Of a DNA stretch of 64,000 bases, positions 41,424-55,195 are shown piece after piece (position 1 is the first letter of the stretch; each line of letters begins with the position of its first letter). A model generated the notes under the pieces. The model saw only the letters and a program-made list of their open reading frames with translations. It was not told the DNA's origin and did no database searches. The stretch covers positions 1 through 64,000 of the forward strand of contig JALDTO010000136.1 of the NCBI GenBank assembly GCA_023515725.1. The letters run 5' to 3'. Both the position numbers and the translations under genes were made by a program. Source of the DNA: Amoeboaphelidium protococcarum X5. Taxonomy: Eukaryota > Fungi > Aphelidiomycota.

Positions 41424-44400
41424 ATGTAGGGTGGAAGTGGTGAGAGTGGAATGCTTTATAGTATTGTTCATTGTGATGTGGTGCTGAGATTATTGGATAG
41501 GAACAGGTTTAGAGTGTAGGCAGAACTTTATCTGATTCCATCCACGGGAGATTTCAAGTCTATTTAGCTTAATTTTAATCCTCTTATCAAGATTGATTAG
41601 ATTCTAGTTAATGGTGGTCAGTGTAAGAATTTCAAATTGTAACCTGTGAAAAAGAGTGCCGGTAATGATCTGCATCAATTGCTCATAGCTGAGTACAATC
41701 ATCGAGAGTTGATTATTGACTGTGATGGTATCAACTTGGTCAAAGATTAGGAAACTATGGAATATGATCCTATTGTTATCTGGATTAATTATGATTTGGA
41801 TTTGACTACTGGCACTTGGATGTGTGTTCAAAGCGGTGAGTAATAGCTTTTATATTTTTGTCACGGAAGAATGAAGAATTGTAGACTTTGGATTCCATGC
41901 ATAGATAGTCAGTCTGAGCGTTATACATGGAATATCACGTTCCATCTGCCTTAGCATTTGATTGCAATTTGTTCTGGTGACTCTATAGTGTTACCTCAAG
42001 ATGAAGATAATACTCAGGATTAATAATCTATTGATAGAGATGAACACCCGGTCACTGTTAATGGCGATAGTGATGGAAATACTTTGAATTAAACATATAA
42101 AGCCCATAGATTCAAAATAGATTCCAATGTAAGTGTGTGGGATATATCTTGGGCTATTGCGCAGTTTCAAGTGGTATCTCTGAAGCCATTCATGAGCACT
42201 TCATCTAATCTTACAGTGGATTCCTTTGTCTTTACCACCGGGTAATCGCATCAAGTATCTGCAGATTTAATGACGCGGATTGGTAAGGCGTATGAGTTTG
42301 TAGGCTAATACATTGGTGTGTCTTGGCCATTCAAGAACTGGAAGTTGTGCTTTCTACCTGGGCTGGCTGAAAGTGTTCACGGTGCAGGAGTATCTTTTAT
42401 AAGCCAGGATCTGCTGTATGGTGATCGTGACATTATTGAGCAGGTGGTACCTACAACTCTGAGTATTGCATATTCAATTTGTTATCAGTGGTTTGGCGTT
42501 TACGCGTATGCTACACAGCTGAGGGATCGGTGGGTAGTTGAAGGTATCTGTGGATACGTTGCCATGTTGCACATCAAGGCAGTCTTTGGGTAGAATGAAT
42601 ACAAGTACCGCGTATGTGAAGATATGAAATACGTGACTGATAATGATTTTGAGCGATTGCCTTGCTGTCCCAAATAGGATGTGTTGGAGTTCAGTGATGA
42701 TTTTTATCGAACTAAAGCATCAGTAGTAATGTATATGCTCGGTCGCAATATTGGCCGGACCATGTTGTAGAAGGTGGTGAATCGCATAATGATTAGTGCC
42801 ATATCTGGCGAATTGGCTGAAGGTGTCAGCACTTAGATGTTTTTGCGGCTAGTTAAGAAGACTAGTGGGAAAGATACAAAGCTATTCTCGGATCAGTGGA
42901 TTTACACTGCCGGTATACCTAAAGTGGAGTCGTAGTATTATTTCAATCGAAAGAAGAATGTTGTGGAGGTGAAGATTGTTCAGCAGGTAAATAAAGCACA
43001 TCCTCTGTACAACGGGAGCTTAGTGATTAGAATTCATGAGCCGGACGGTACCTTTGATCATGTTGTGCGTATTGAAGATAGAGAGCATCAGTTCAATATT
43101 AATTATCACACCAAATACAAGCGTTTGAAGGCGAATAAGAAATCTCTTCTACTTGCTGAGAAACTGGCTGAAGAGGAGCAGGAAGAGACTCTGGAATTGG
43201 CACCGCCTCCTGGATGTGAGACTGACGAGGTGACGAACTTGACTGATCCGGAACTTAGTGCAGAGTTGTCCAAAGCCAAGTATAAAGAAACTGATGAAGA
43301 GTCGCAACTGGGCACTTCTCCCATCACTTGGATTCGGATCGACCCTGACATGGATCTGTGTTTCCGCGTTCCGTATGAGCAGACTGAGTATATGAATTGC
43401 ATGCAGCTGCTTAAAGACAAGGATCCAATAGCTCAGATTGAGGCGGTGTAAATGCTTGTACAATTTCCTACTGAACGGGCCGCCGCTAATCTCCTCTTTG
43501 CTCTGACCGATGTCCGTCTGTTTTATCGCGTGCGGATGTAGGCTGCTCTTTCTCTGGCTCATCCCGTGTAATAGCAACTAGATCATATTGGCTATCGATA
43601 TCTAATGATGGCGTTTGCTAAAAAGTTTTGCATACCAGAAAGTGGTGACGGTGACAAAGCAATGGATGGCGACTATACTCAAATACTGATGCCCAAAAGG
43701 AATGACTTTTCCGTCGTTACAGAGTATTATGTTTAGAAAGCGATTGTGGACTCCATGTCCAAGATACGAAACGTTGATAGTGGCAAGCTTCTGCCGTTTA
43801 TATGCTGGTAGCTGCTCACTCTCTTGAAATCTAATGACAATTCTTCAAACTAATTCTCTGATAGCATGTATGTTGCCACTCTACTTAAGGCTTTGGGTTA
43901 ATCTTTTATGAGTATAAGTGATGCATAGGATGAAACTTCTGCTATTCAAGCTAAGCAACATGTCAAGTTGGATTCAGAGTTGAAAAATCTTGTATAAGAT
44001 GCAGTTGCTGAATTGGATCGAAATCTATTTCTCGAAACTCAAGTACCAACATATCATAATGTGGTGGCATGCGAGTGTCTGTCTGTATTGTATCGTTGGC
44101 TTTTACATGGCAATATTGTAACACCAGAATTCATTACTCTGCGCCCTTTCATGATCTTTAGTGCTCCAGGTAATTTCTATCGAGTACGTTTAGTGGCTTT
44201 CGAGGCTCTGGTGACTTTCCGACTTTCTGATTAGACATATTGGGACTACATCATGGAGACTCTGCGTAATAAGGAGGAATGTGATACTAAACTAAAACTT
44301 GGACTCCTACAATTGATTTACCAAAAGTTCCGAGTACTCCGAGGCTCTTATTATCGAGAGCTAAAGGACAGAGAGTCTTAGACAAGGAAATAAAAGGCTA

Positions 44401-44834
44401 AAGAGGAGAAGATCAAGATTGAGGTTGAGGATATCGGGAGTAATAACAATGCTGTACAGGAACTTTTGTAATAGAAGAGGCAAGTGTAAGAATTCGATTA
44501 AATCAAGGCTCTGTTTAGAAATGATTTTATAATCACAGGTATGAACCGGATAGTGAAAGAGTGCGCAGACTTGTAAATGTAAATCGCGGCTCTACGCATC
44601 CTCGATGTGATGAATGTACGTGATGAAGTCGTGCTGGAGCCAATCAAAATTAAAATCCCACTCAGCTAGAAGAGTTCTGTGGCTGCAGAGATGACTCCTC
44701 TATCTGCCACCGCAGACAGTTTACAATAATCTCCTGTTCAAGTTAACAAAGTTGCTGCCGCCGCTCCAGCGCCCACAACGAAGCCTAAACTTACTTTTAA
44801 ACTCTCACTGGGTGGTTCTACCGCTAATAAATGA
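41424..44834 (+). CDS. TAF2: Transcription initiation factor TFIID subunit 2 (M1-aminopeptidase-like fold), 1136 aa
   Basis: WIPCIDSQSERYTW, QWFGV..DRWVVEGI, FGQNEYKY, FSDQWIY..G.P, IRIHEPDGTFDH, WIRIDPD, DKDPIAQIEAV, FYRVR, NDNSSNQFSD. Confidence 0.93.
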
Positions 44835-45012
44835 TCTTGGTATTCTATTTTATATTTTATGATTACGCGCTTTATACCCTTCACCATTTCGACTTAGTTT
44901 TTGCTCAGCGTTGACTGGAGGTGATCATTTCTAGTCATTCATTGAAAGAGATTGATTGTCCTGTGAAATTCCGTGATTAATTATTACATTGTGTAAGAAG
45001 TAAAGTGATAGT

Positions 45013-46683
45013 ATGAGTGATTAAGAGTTGACTTTTAGATATTTATTCCATAGACAATAAGTGTCTGAAGTAATGCAAAAGGGGAACTAGATTATGAATT
45101 CTTGGGTATTGAGAGATGAAGCACAGGGACAAGAGTAGTTGTAACAGTGGCTATTGGATGTGATCAACCTTACAAAGTAACACATGTGGTCTCTAACCAT
45201 GTCACAGTATCTTAGTAATATAGTTACTCCATTCATTGCTCAGCATCTATTGTCTTAAACTGCAAAAATGCCTTAATTGAGAATCTAGATTTACTCTTTA
45301 ATTAGATTACATTTACCATTTGTTGACTCGACCATCCTCTTAATGAACGCCCTTCGTAAAGATATGACTGTGATGACACGGATGCAGAATGCTGAGAATG
45401 GTGGTTGCAATGCTCAACTTTAGATTGAGGCTAGAATGACATACTGCGTAATTTTATTAAAATCCGGTGAATAGAATTTGGTTTAAGAAGTTGTAAATTT
45501 GATTGAATCTGAAAAGATAAGCTTTGGAGAGTCTCTTTAGATTATCACCTCTGTTCCTTATAATCCTCACCTATAACAATTGGCTAATAATTTGATTCTG
45601 AGTACTGATGCTTCTTGTTATAGCAATGATAATATCGGCCTCATTTCTAGATTATGTGAATAGTACAAGATTGCCGTACCTCCATCACATCTTGTGGATT
45701 GTATTAAAATTGCAGATGGTGGAAAAATCTCATCGGAATACTCTACTAAATTGGAAACATTGATGCAAATTAGTATTGCGTAATACACCTATGATTAGAT
45801 CTCATAATTTACGAAATCTTTGAGTAGTTGTTAGTTAAGTGGTACTGCGATTGCGACTTATAGATTATTGCTCAAGTCTGATATTGTCGATAGATTGACT
45901 TAAACTTAATATGAAGGTTTACACGAGGTTGTGTAATCCAACGTCTAACAGAGCATATAGGAGATTAAGCTTATAGATGATGAGTCATTTCATTAATTAA
46001 GTAGTTTGATAGCAGAGAATAATATTATTGTAAAGGTGTCTCAGTAATAGTCGAGACAATTTTTCATTAATCCATCTATTGATTAAAGTGCAGCCAATGT
46101 AATTAGTAAATTGAAGTGTATTTTTCTAGTGACTGGAGTGTAAGATCGAGAACTATCCATCATTCATCTACAATCGCTCCTCATAAACTCTTAAAGTATT
46201 CATAATGACTAGTATTTTATTGAGGCAGTGGTATCGTCTTTTGTCAAGTTGTAACCATCCACAGAGTAATGTCGTGTTGTATTCTAGCATCTGATGTAAC
46301 AACTAGTTGACACTAGTAAGAGAGGAAGTGATGCGTAGTGCCGAGAAAAGGTCATTTCAGCTCTAGTGTTATTGCTGTAAGATAGTAATGCTGATACATT
46401 TATTGAAGAAGATTCGATATTACGGTTAATCAAAGCTTGTCAGGATTTTCAATAACTTTTACAAGTGACAAGACTATTCTATGACTCTCAAGTGGCTCTG
46501 TAATGTCCTAATACTTTACATGCTATTCTTACTCTGTATAATGACCATATAACTGACACAAATTAGAATCATCAGTAGTAGTAGTAAGTAGATGCTGTTG
46601 ATATTGAGACTTTAACAATGATGGAATGGCAAGTCTAGTAATTGAGACAAGCTTATATTTTCAATTCTGAATCCAAGTAATGA
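45013..46683 (+). CDS. Hypothetical protein, probably alpha-solenoid (HEAT/ARM-like), 556 aa
   Basis: Continuous TAR=Gln frame from ATG 45013 to TAA-TGA ending 46683. Leu/Ile-rich amphipathic helices. Absent from the standard-code track. No family recognised. Confidence 0.7.
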
Positions 46684-46781
46684 TTAAAGTTGAATAAAAT
46701 CTCATGATATTTAATTGCTAAGAAATAACTTGAATGCATGTATGAAAGAACTTATCTATTATGATATAGAATCATAAGGTA

Positions 46782-47867
46782 TCATTAATGATTATGAGGA
46801 TGGTGATTATTATTATAAGTCAAGATTTATTTGGCTCTGCTCTTTCCATCTAATAGATTATCATTACTTGGATTTGATCTTTTATCACTGGCACTTGAAT
46901 AAGAAGATGCTGACGTGTCTTATTAAAGACTAGGAATCTGTGATAGAATCTCATCCAGATTGAGACCATTATACACTAGATCTATATCATCCCATTCTTG
47001 TTTACTGTCGCCATCTTAAGATTTATGATCATCATTAACAACACTATCTCCATTTGCAGCACTACTCTATACCGATTAATCCCCTTGTTATTATTAACTT
47101 TATTTTTCAATTACAGCCAAAAAGTCTATAACTTGATCATCCAATTATCCAAAATCAAAGGCAAAATTTTGCTCTATATTGCCATCATTCTTGATATGGT
47201 GATTATTATCTGATGTTTAACGGTCTACACCAGCTGACTATAACTATGCATCACCACATACTTAGGACCGAGGAGAATCTTCTAGTTACTAATTTATCCC
47301 TCTATATAATAGTGATTGCTACTATTATTATTGTAGTTACTCTGCAGGAGATGAAGTTTTAAATAACCGCTAGAACTTGAAAGCAAACTGGTCGAATTTG
47401 AGTCTATTGCCGCCAACACTACCATCCAACCTCTGCTCCAATAACTGCATTTACTCTAATCTACCCTAATTACCTTTCGGCGTAGATAAATCTGATATGA
47501 ATGTAGACTATGTCGGTTGACTCAACTGTTATAACTGTGTCGCAGCATTAATATACGACTTATTGATACTATCCATATTCAGATTGTTATTACCATCACA
47601 ACTCTATGCATTGAGTAATAATCGTTAGAGTGGATTCTTTGGAACTGCCCATTAAACCTCGTCATCATCATTATCACAATTATCATCACTGCTCTATCTT
47701 TTTACGTCATTATTAGGGTGAACATAGTAAATCTTTTTCTTATACGGTGCTACCCTATTAAAATTGTTATCATCATCATTATTATATTCCTCTGTATGGT
47801 CCAAACAATCCCAATGCCTGATAGATGGCCTCTTTTAGTAATCTTGTGAGAGATGTCGCCGCTTCAT
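46782..47867 (-). CDS. Hypothetical low-complexity (Q/N/D/S-rich) protein, 361 aa
   Basis: Continuous TAR=Gln frame MKRRHLSQDYQKRPSIRHWDC... to TAA-TGA, with an in-frame TGA immediately upstream of the ATG. No family recognised. Confidence 0.65.
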
Positions 47868-48421
47868 TCAGATTGTATATCGCTTTACTCCTTACAACTA
47901 TGTACTCTAAGTAGATTCAAAAGTCGGCCTATATAAACGAATTGCGATAAGAGTACTGTAGAGTGAAGTAAAGTAATGAGTGAGTGAATGCAACAATCTC
48001 CAGTGTTACAACAATGATGAAACAATTCAATTTTGATCAGAGAGCGCGGTCGCTTCAGAGCGAACTATTTAAGTCTTGTTTGATAGTGTTAATGATGCAT
48101 ATAATGGAAGCAATTGGATTAAATCTGACAAATTTAACATATGAAAGTACCGGTTCGAGAGTTGCAATTGATATTTTGTCAATAGTTTTTACTTATAAAT
48201 ACACTTGGCATTATCCACGCGTAGTTTAAGAGCGATATAATCAATCATGAGAACCTTCTTCAATGCAATGAACTATTCGCGACATGACACGTGGGGATAT
48301 AGCATAAAAATTATGATTAGTAAGTAGTTCAATACATTAAAGCGAAACAATAAGAAAACCTTATTTGAGTGTATACCTGGTGTATTTATTCAAATAATGT
48401 CAGACATGATGGCGGCGATGC

Positions 48422-49174
48422 TCATTACTTGCCAGCAGTGACATTGTCTGAGCTCTTTCTCAAACTCGACAATCTTCTCTTCTTGTGCAGCTCTGCCTTC
48501 TTCTACTTCTATTCAGCGACTCTCTTGGCCAACAGTTTAGCATAATCTGCAGCATCATCACGAGACTTTTGGATGGCGCGAATCTTGAGAGCCTGTCGAC
48601 GACGCTTACGCTGCAGAGTCAGTGGAGTGACAAGACGCTGGATCTTTGGAGCCTTAGTGCGCTCCTTCTTCCCCTCCTCCTTGGCAGGGATCTTACGGCG
48701 GATAACGTAGTGACGAACATCATCATCCTTGGTCAAGTTGAACATCTTACGAATGTGGTTGGCACGCTTTGGACCCAAGCGAAGAGGAACCTAACCATCA
48801 GTCAGACCAGGCAAGTCGTTCTCACCTTGCTTCACAACGACCAGAGACAGGGCGGACATGTCATTGCCAACGATGCAACCGCGCACAGACTTACGCTTTC
48901 TCTCACCGTGACGACGTGGACGGTAGCAAGAGTGACCCTCGCTCAACAGCAAACGGACACGGTGTGGCAGCAAAACGCCCTGCTTCATAGGGAAACCTTG
49001 CTTGTCGTTACCTCCGGTGATCTTTAACACGTATCCCTTAAATTCATCACCCAGAGCATCAGCCTCCACCTCAGCGGAAATACGCTTGTCGTAGAAAATA
49101 CGCAGCTTACGCTCGTCGTCAATCTCGTAACTCTTCTAAAGTCCAGTACTTGGATTAGCGATATTCAATTTCAT
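48422..49174 (-). CDS. RPS6: 40S ribosomal protein S6 (eS6), 250 aa
   Basis: [58 protein letters not shown], phosphorylation tail RRLSSLRKS. Ends TAA-TGA. Confidence 0.98.
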
Positions 49175-49694
49175 CGTGTATAATTTATTTCAAATGTATT
49201 AAAGAATTCCAAAATCCTACTTTAATTGTATTTTTATAGCGCGATGACACTAATATAAAGCAGAGTTTTGATGATCTTTACTGTTAAACTCTACTGGACA
49301 CGCGAGAAAAAGTTTTGAGCCAACGCGATCAGATCAATTCTCAACCTTAACCGACCGCGCGTAGATTGATTGGCTTTGTTAAGTCGCCCATTAATGCCTA
49401 TTGAAGCCTACAGCCAACGCATTCAATGTATCCAAGATATGGTTACTATTGCCGCGCTTAAGTAGTTGTAACTTTTATTTATATTTCTATCTAACGGAAG
49501 CTCTTGTTTGCGATAATATGTGAGATCTCGAATAAAGATTCGAATCGTGGACACGCTTCACGCCGATTCTACCTCTTGATTGGCCACTAGTCTTACTCAC
49601 CCGAGGACCCAGGTGGTATTGTATCTGTAGTTTATTTGCATTTTGAAGCAGTCTCTTTCTTTTACCATTAAAACAGAAATCGGTATCTTACAAT

Positions 49695-50936
49695 ATGACA
49701 AGGACAAAGGTCTTATAAATACACATTTTGATAGTCACGCTCCTAATTTTCCTTGCCTAGAGCATGCAATTGAGCTGCGGTAATATGAATGGCATCTCGT
49801 GTGATACTGGCTTTTGTTGTAGCTCTCGCGGCTACTGTGGTATTACCGCGGGTCATTGTGGCCGGGGATGTTAGTCCATCTTTGGATCATGCTGGCCTGA
49901 TTAGAACGCGTCTCAAGATCCATTACCATAGCCTGAATTATCATCGCTGCAATAAGAATAGCCTGTGGAATAACTGCAGCCCAAGAGATTCTTCTTAAGA
50001 CGTATATTCTCCAAGACGGAGAAGGCTGATGCACGCGTAGGGAGGCAGGTGACGTGCGGTCACATGAATGGCCAGTCTTGTGGTCAAGGCGATTGTTGCA
50101 GCTCTAATGGAATCTGTGGCAAGACTCTGGGTCACTGTGGCACAGGATGTCAATCCGCGTTTGGCCTATGCTGGAGTCCTAATGAGGTTAAACGTAAAAC
50201 TGAGAAGATAAAGAATGGTGGCGTCCGTATTCCTTATTATGACATTTGGAAGGAGCCCAATCTGGTTAAGACTGCAATGAATGCTAAGTTCGGGGATACT
50301 ATCCATTTTTCATCACCAGAGGATGATATCCATGTTCCGTAGACTTATAAACCGCGCACAATGATTCCAATGCTTCCATACGTGGCTCCATGTTAATTAG
50401 TATGTAACAGGGTCAAGAATAAAGCTTATCACGGCCTGGCGACCAGCGATATTGGATTAGTGGCCTAGGCTTATCTAAATGCCGTAAATGGCCTACCTCC
50501 TGTAGGTAAAGAAACTTTAATTCATGGCGCAAACCTAGTGGTACTGACAGCCGTTATTACCGCCATTCAATGCATGGGCATTATAGCTCTGGGGGCTTTT
50601 AACGCCTTTGCACCAGTTATTGCCGCCCCGCATTTGCTAATGGTTGCTCAAATCAGCGGCCCTAATTCGGTTGATTATTTGCGCATTATCCATGCATGTG
50701 AAATTTATTTAAAGAAGAGAGTAGGTAAGAAGGCATTGCAGGATTTAGCTGAAATTGGCAGGTATCGCAATCACGGCGGAGTTCCTTTTCAAATGTGGTT
50801 GATGCGGCAGCGCGTTTAGATAGAGATGAAAACGGATTCCAGTGGTTAGCAGTGCGTTGAGTACTAATCTGATACAGTGTAAGAGTATGGATAGATAATG
50901 GATGACTTGTTGCCTCAACAATTTTAAGAATAGTGA
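49695..50936 (+). CDS. Secreted protein with two hevein/CBM18 chitin-binding domains and an unknown C-terminal domain, 413 aa
   Basis: Signal MTRTKVLQIHILIVTLLIFLAQSMQ. First hevein CGNMNGISCDTGFCCSSRGYCGITAGHCGRGCQSIFGSC, linker ..VEQLQPKR-FFLRR, second hevein CGHMNGQSCGQGDCCSSNGICGKTLGHCGTGCQSAFGLC. Ends TAG-TGA at 50936. Confidence 0.88.
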
Positions 50937-50999
50937 TTAAATGATGATAATTAGATTGTACTTAACGCTTAATTCCATTCTTTGCACACTATAGTTGAC

Positions 51000-53900
51000 T
51001 CACTGTACTTATGGAGCTACAAACACTTTCAACATAGGGACATCGATTTCCGACATGCTTATGGACTTGGCTTCAGTATCCTTGTCTTGCAACTGCTGAG
51101 GTTATTGAAATTCAGCATATTTAACATTCAGACGAGGAGTTTTACACCAGCCCATGCTCAGAGGAACTATTTCATATTACAAAGGGACCACAGAGCGCGG
51201 CATAATCTACAGCATGGATGACTTGTATCCTGCCAGTGCAAAATTCTCATTCAAGTCAATCGACACGGCCAGAGATCGCAATTTATCAGAGTGATTATGA
51301 ATCAAATACTTCAACACCATTGGTTGATAGAGTACACTATTCAATTTCTACTTGCACAAGACGACTTCCAACTGACTCTAAAGCTTCGATGATAAACTCA
51401 AGTCAACCAAAGACTGATTCCATGTAACTGAAGTAGAATTCTCTCTCCTCCAATTGATCAGTAGTTACAACTGCTACAACTAGCTATATCGCATATTTTC
51501 CAATGTGCTAATTAAAGTGATGGACTACTACGGACTAATTGAGCAGCCAGCATTGTATCCAAACACTTGGATAGGATTGCCCCCTCGACCATTAGATATG
51601 TGCGCAGAATCGATAACAAGAGGAACAATCGAACGATTCTTCAATAGCATACGGAGATCATAAGATTTCGGACTGGCTATCTACGGGAGATTCTTATCGT
51701 TTGACGCAACGATTGTGCTAGCCAGCTTGGACACGATCGTAAAAGGACTTTAAGCATTAAGCAGTATAGATTCTTCCATGCTAGAAAAGCTTTCAGATCC
51801 ACCTTTAGCTGAGCTGATAATCTTTGAAGACACTTTCAAGTGCAATACTCTTGGCCCAGCCTTGTCTGAAAGTCTAATAAAAATCTTCTTGAGCATACTT
51901 TTACCCTTTTGAATAATCCCAAGTTCTTAATCCTCAATCATTGAACTACCACTCCCTTGGTCGCTGCTGAGATATATCTAATCATCAGCGAATGGTCTAC
52001 TAGATCCCTCATTATTGATTCTAGCACTAATACGAGTCATAAAATCAGTCTTTTCTCCATTAACAAGGCGTAATTCAACGGCATACAATTCAGATACAAA
52101 CACAGGCGCCTGAAGCACAACGTCAAACTTTAATCTGGGCTGATTGAGGTTGATCTTTATACTCTACGGATCAAACTCGGTGGTATAAATGCGCTTTCTC
52201 ACCTGACCAGATGACTTGATAACTCCATACCACTATCTGTCATAGAGATTCCTTGTTACCGCGGCAGTGCCATTATTGGTCGACTGGATCACTTCAACCT
52301 GATGGGGATGATTGACGGATCCAATGACACATTTGACAGCAACAACACTCAGCTGGAGTGGAGTGTCAATCTTGATCAAAAACTAAATCACATTCAATTT
52401 ATCGGACGCTTACAAATTGCATCTTGCTACTCTATCATTATCCGATATCTTTACCCGTTAAAGGGAAAATTTGTGCTTTGTATCAGAATAGACCTGGGCA
52501 TTTACAGTGGAATCATGCTTGAATTTCACGTTACAGTTAGTCGCATTGAATTAAATTTCCATTTACGATATTTGATATCCAGAAGAGGGTATTATCAACT
52601 GCACAGGTATAAAAGTGCCCACATATCCAATATGATGTTAGAACCCAGCTTTGATATTTAAGGGCTGCAATAGATATTCAGATTACAGAGCTAGAACTCG
52701 CTACTACTAGCTACTAAGAAATTAAAAGCACTGTTAAATAGAGTTCTTAAACTATACAGTATCTTATCGATAAGAGATCAGATCCACGTACGCTGCAAGA
52801 ACAGCTGATACATCACATAACTGAATGGCACAATGAGCCAACATTGCCTGACACTCCAATACAATCGATGACCAGCACTCTCTATGATAACTCTTGACAA
52901 TTTTATCCAACAACTTCATGGCAATGTCAAATCTATTATCCATCATGTGATTTTAAGCAATAAGCTTGGCTATCATGAAACCAATTCTCGTCTATTTCCT
53001 CTTTCTAAATATGTCATATGCATTCGTAAGATGCTCTATAATCAGCTGTCCAATATCCTCCCCCTCTCCAAAGACTTTAAAGAGCATCGATACAGCCGAT
53101 GTGCTAACCTGCCTCTATCTGGAAATGCGCATTTGATACAAACACAGCGCCGCCATTAAAAAATAATGCCCAGAGTGCTATAAACTGGCCAAGCACTCCT
53201 ATTTAGATGGCGCGAGAGAACGTGACTGCATTTGAGACCACTCCGATGCAAACTCCAAGCTAACGGGCACCTGAGAAATTATATAATTGACCGAGACATT
53301 GGCAGCAATCTGATGCTTTGCCACGATTGGCAAAGTGATACCTCGCCGTTCCATTGACTACACTATGCCGGCGAATAACATAAACTACGCCCCACACCAG
53401 CCATAATAAGAACCATACTGGTCCAATAAACCATATCCAAAGTTCAAGTGTCTATGCAACTGAAATAGACCATCCAGCGGACTCTCACTAAAAGACAGAA
53501 AACTACTAATTTTAAAACTTAAAGAAGATAGAATCTCATCATACTCCCTCCATCTGGATTGCTTAATGGCAGCAGGCTTCTAAACAAGTTCCTTAATCAG
53601 CTAACTCAACGCATTATAAGATTGAATGTAATGCTGAGTGGCCAGTTCAAAATCACGCATAAGCTCAGCAAAAGCACCCATCTTGTAATCGTACCTAATA
53701 TTCCACAATGAAATGGTGGTAGAATTAGCAGACTTGGCGGGATTCTATGATACTCTACCCTTCTTCTTTTTAGTCTTCTTCCCATGTTCTCTATAATAAA
53801 GAGCAGAATACTCAAGCATCGTCCGCTCCACCTGAACAATAAATTCTTGTAAATCTTACTACCGCGTTGATATAACAAAATAAGAGTGACGATAATCAAG

Positions 53901-54436
53901 ATTACACATCTTCTTAATATATGCACCACGCTCCTCCAGACTTTCATCATTCAAATCTTGATCTGTAATAAGTACAACGACAAACTTCAATTACGGATAA
54001 TCTGCAAGCTATTTCTTAAGAGAATTGATTTCCAAAGTGAGCTCAGTGTCTCGAGTCGATGGATCAAGTGGATTGAAGCTGATGTCCTCCTTAGTCAACC
54101 GAAAGTAACACATTACCACAGATGGCAGCTAATCTCTGTATTTAGGAATCCACTCTGGCTAAATAATACCATCAGGATACAGAGAACTCTGTGGATTCAA
54201 CGGAGACAATCGACTAAACACCTTAGGCTATCCCTTGACTTGACTCTATTACTAAGCACCTTTTCTTACAACAGGCAACTCTTTCATATTCTACAATACT
54301 TTTACAGTAAAACATATAATAAATTAAACTCAACACTAATAAATATAAATATTTTACTTACTTTAGACAGGAACATGTACCTGAATGAGGCAGTCTCAGA
54401 CCTAATTGTCACTTGAGGTAAAGGTGAGGGATCCAT
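51000..54436 (-). CDS. TRAPPC11: TRAPP complex subunit 11 (Foie gras/Gryzun family), 1121 aa
   Basis: Exon 1 54436-54362, intron 54361-54291, exon 2 in frame to TGA 51002-51000. SRLSPLNPQSSLYPDGIIQPEWIPKY..LPSV, YYREHGKK, RYDYKMGAFAE, YHRECWSSI, IVPLSMGWCKTPRL, VFVAP. Confidence 0.85.
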
Positions 54437-55195
54437 AGATGATGCAAGTTGATTACGACTCTAATACGCAGACACAAGTCTTTTCTCAAAGTCATCACTG
54501 CCACCACTATTACCAGGGACACCCCAAATTCCCATTAATGGATACAGATGAGCAAGAAGGTCGAAATTGTAACTCATCGTCTTTACTAATTACTAACAGC
54601 TATAAAGTGCGGTACGGTGATCAGTGGTCAAAAGAACGGTAATGGGAATGAAACACTGCGAGGAAAAGAGACGCGCGCGCGTGCCTGAAACTTCCAAAGG
54701 AAGAGAAACTCATCACACAGTCAGTCACACGTGTGCGGATACACATTGTCGTTAAGGTGTGTGCATGTAGTGTATACGTTGACTCCAATATAATAAGCGC
54801 ATATTAGTACTGGCATAACTGAATTAATTTTATGCAACGAGTTCATACAGCTGTATTTACAGCATAAATTAAAGAGAAACCTCCTTGGTGGTCAAAACTA
54901 GTCTGAAAACAATTAGGAAACCACACCGCGTCCCGACAGGAGTATTTGGAGATTATACTGTACATTGAATACTCTGCAAATCACAATCACATAATTGCCC
55001 AATTTATTCTCATCGACATTATATGAGTTGTTCGCTAAGACCGTCTTATCAAGGTCATATAACGGGCTAGGATTAATTTTATATACAAGTTCAGGAGTAG
55101 ATTTGCCCCTGATTACAATGCTGATATAGTTGCCGCGCGCCCGACTTTTCAACGATTGTACTCTCAATCTTCAGTCCGCCCATAAACTACCAAAA

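Noticed and set aside
48485-49027. 180-aa plus-strand ORF with a signal-peptide-like start
   Set aside because: Antisense shadow of RPS6.
49789-49998. Track ORF MASRVILAFVVALAA... resembling a secreted protein
   Set aside because: Wrong frame; the overlapping frame from 49695 encodes a complete eight-cysteine hevein domain.
54913-55167. 84-aa minus-strand track ORF
   Set aside because: Non-ATG start, lies immediately upstream of the ABC1 gene, no recognisable motif.
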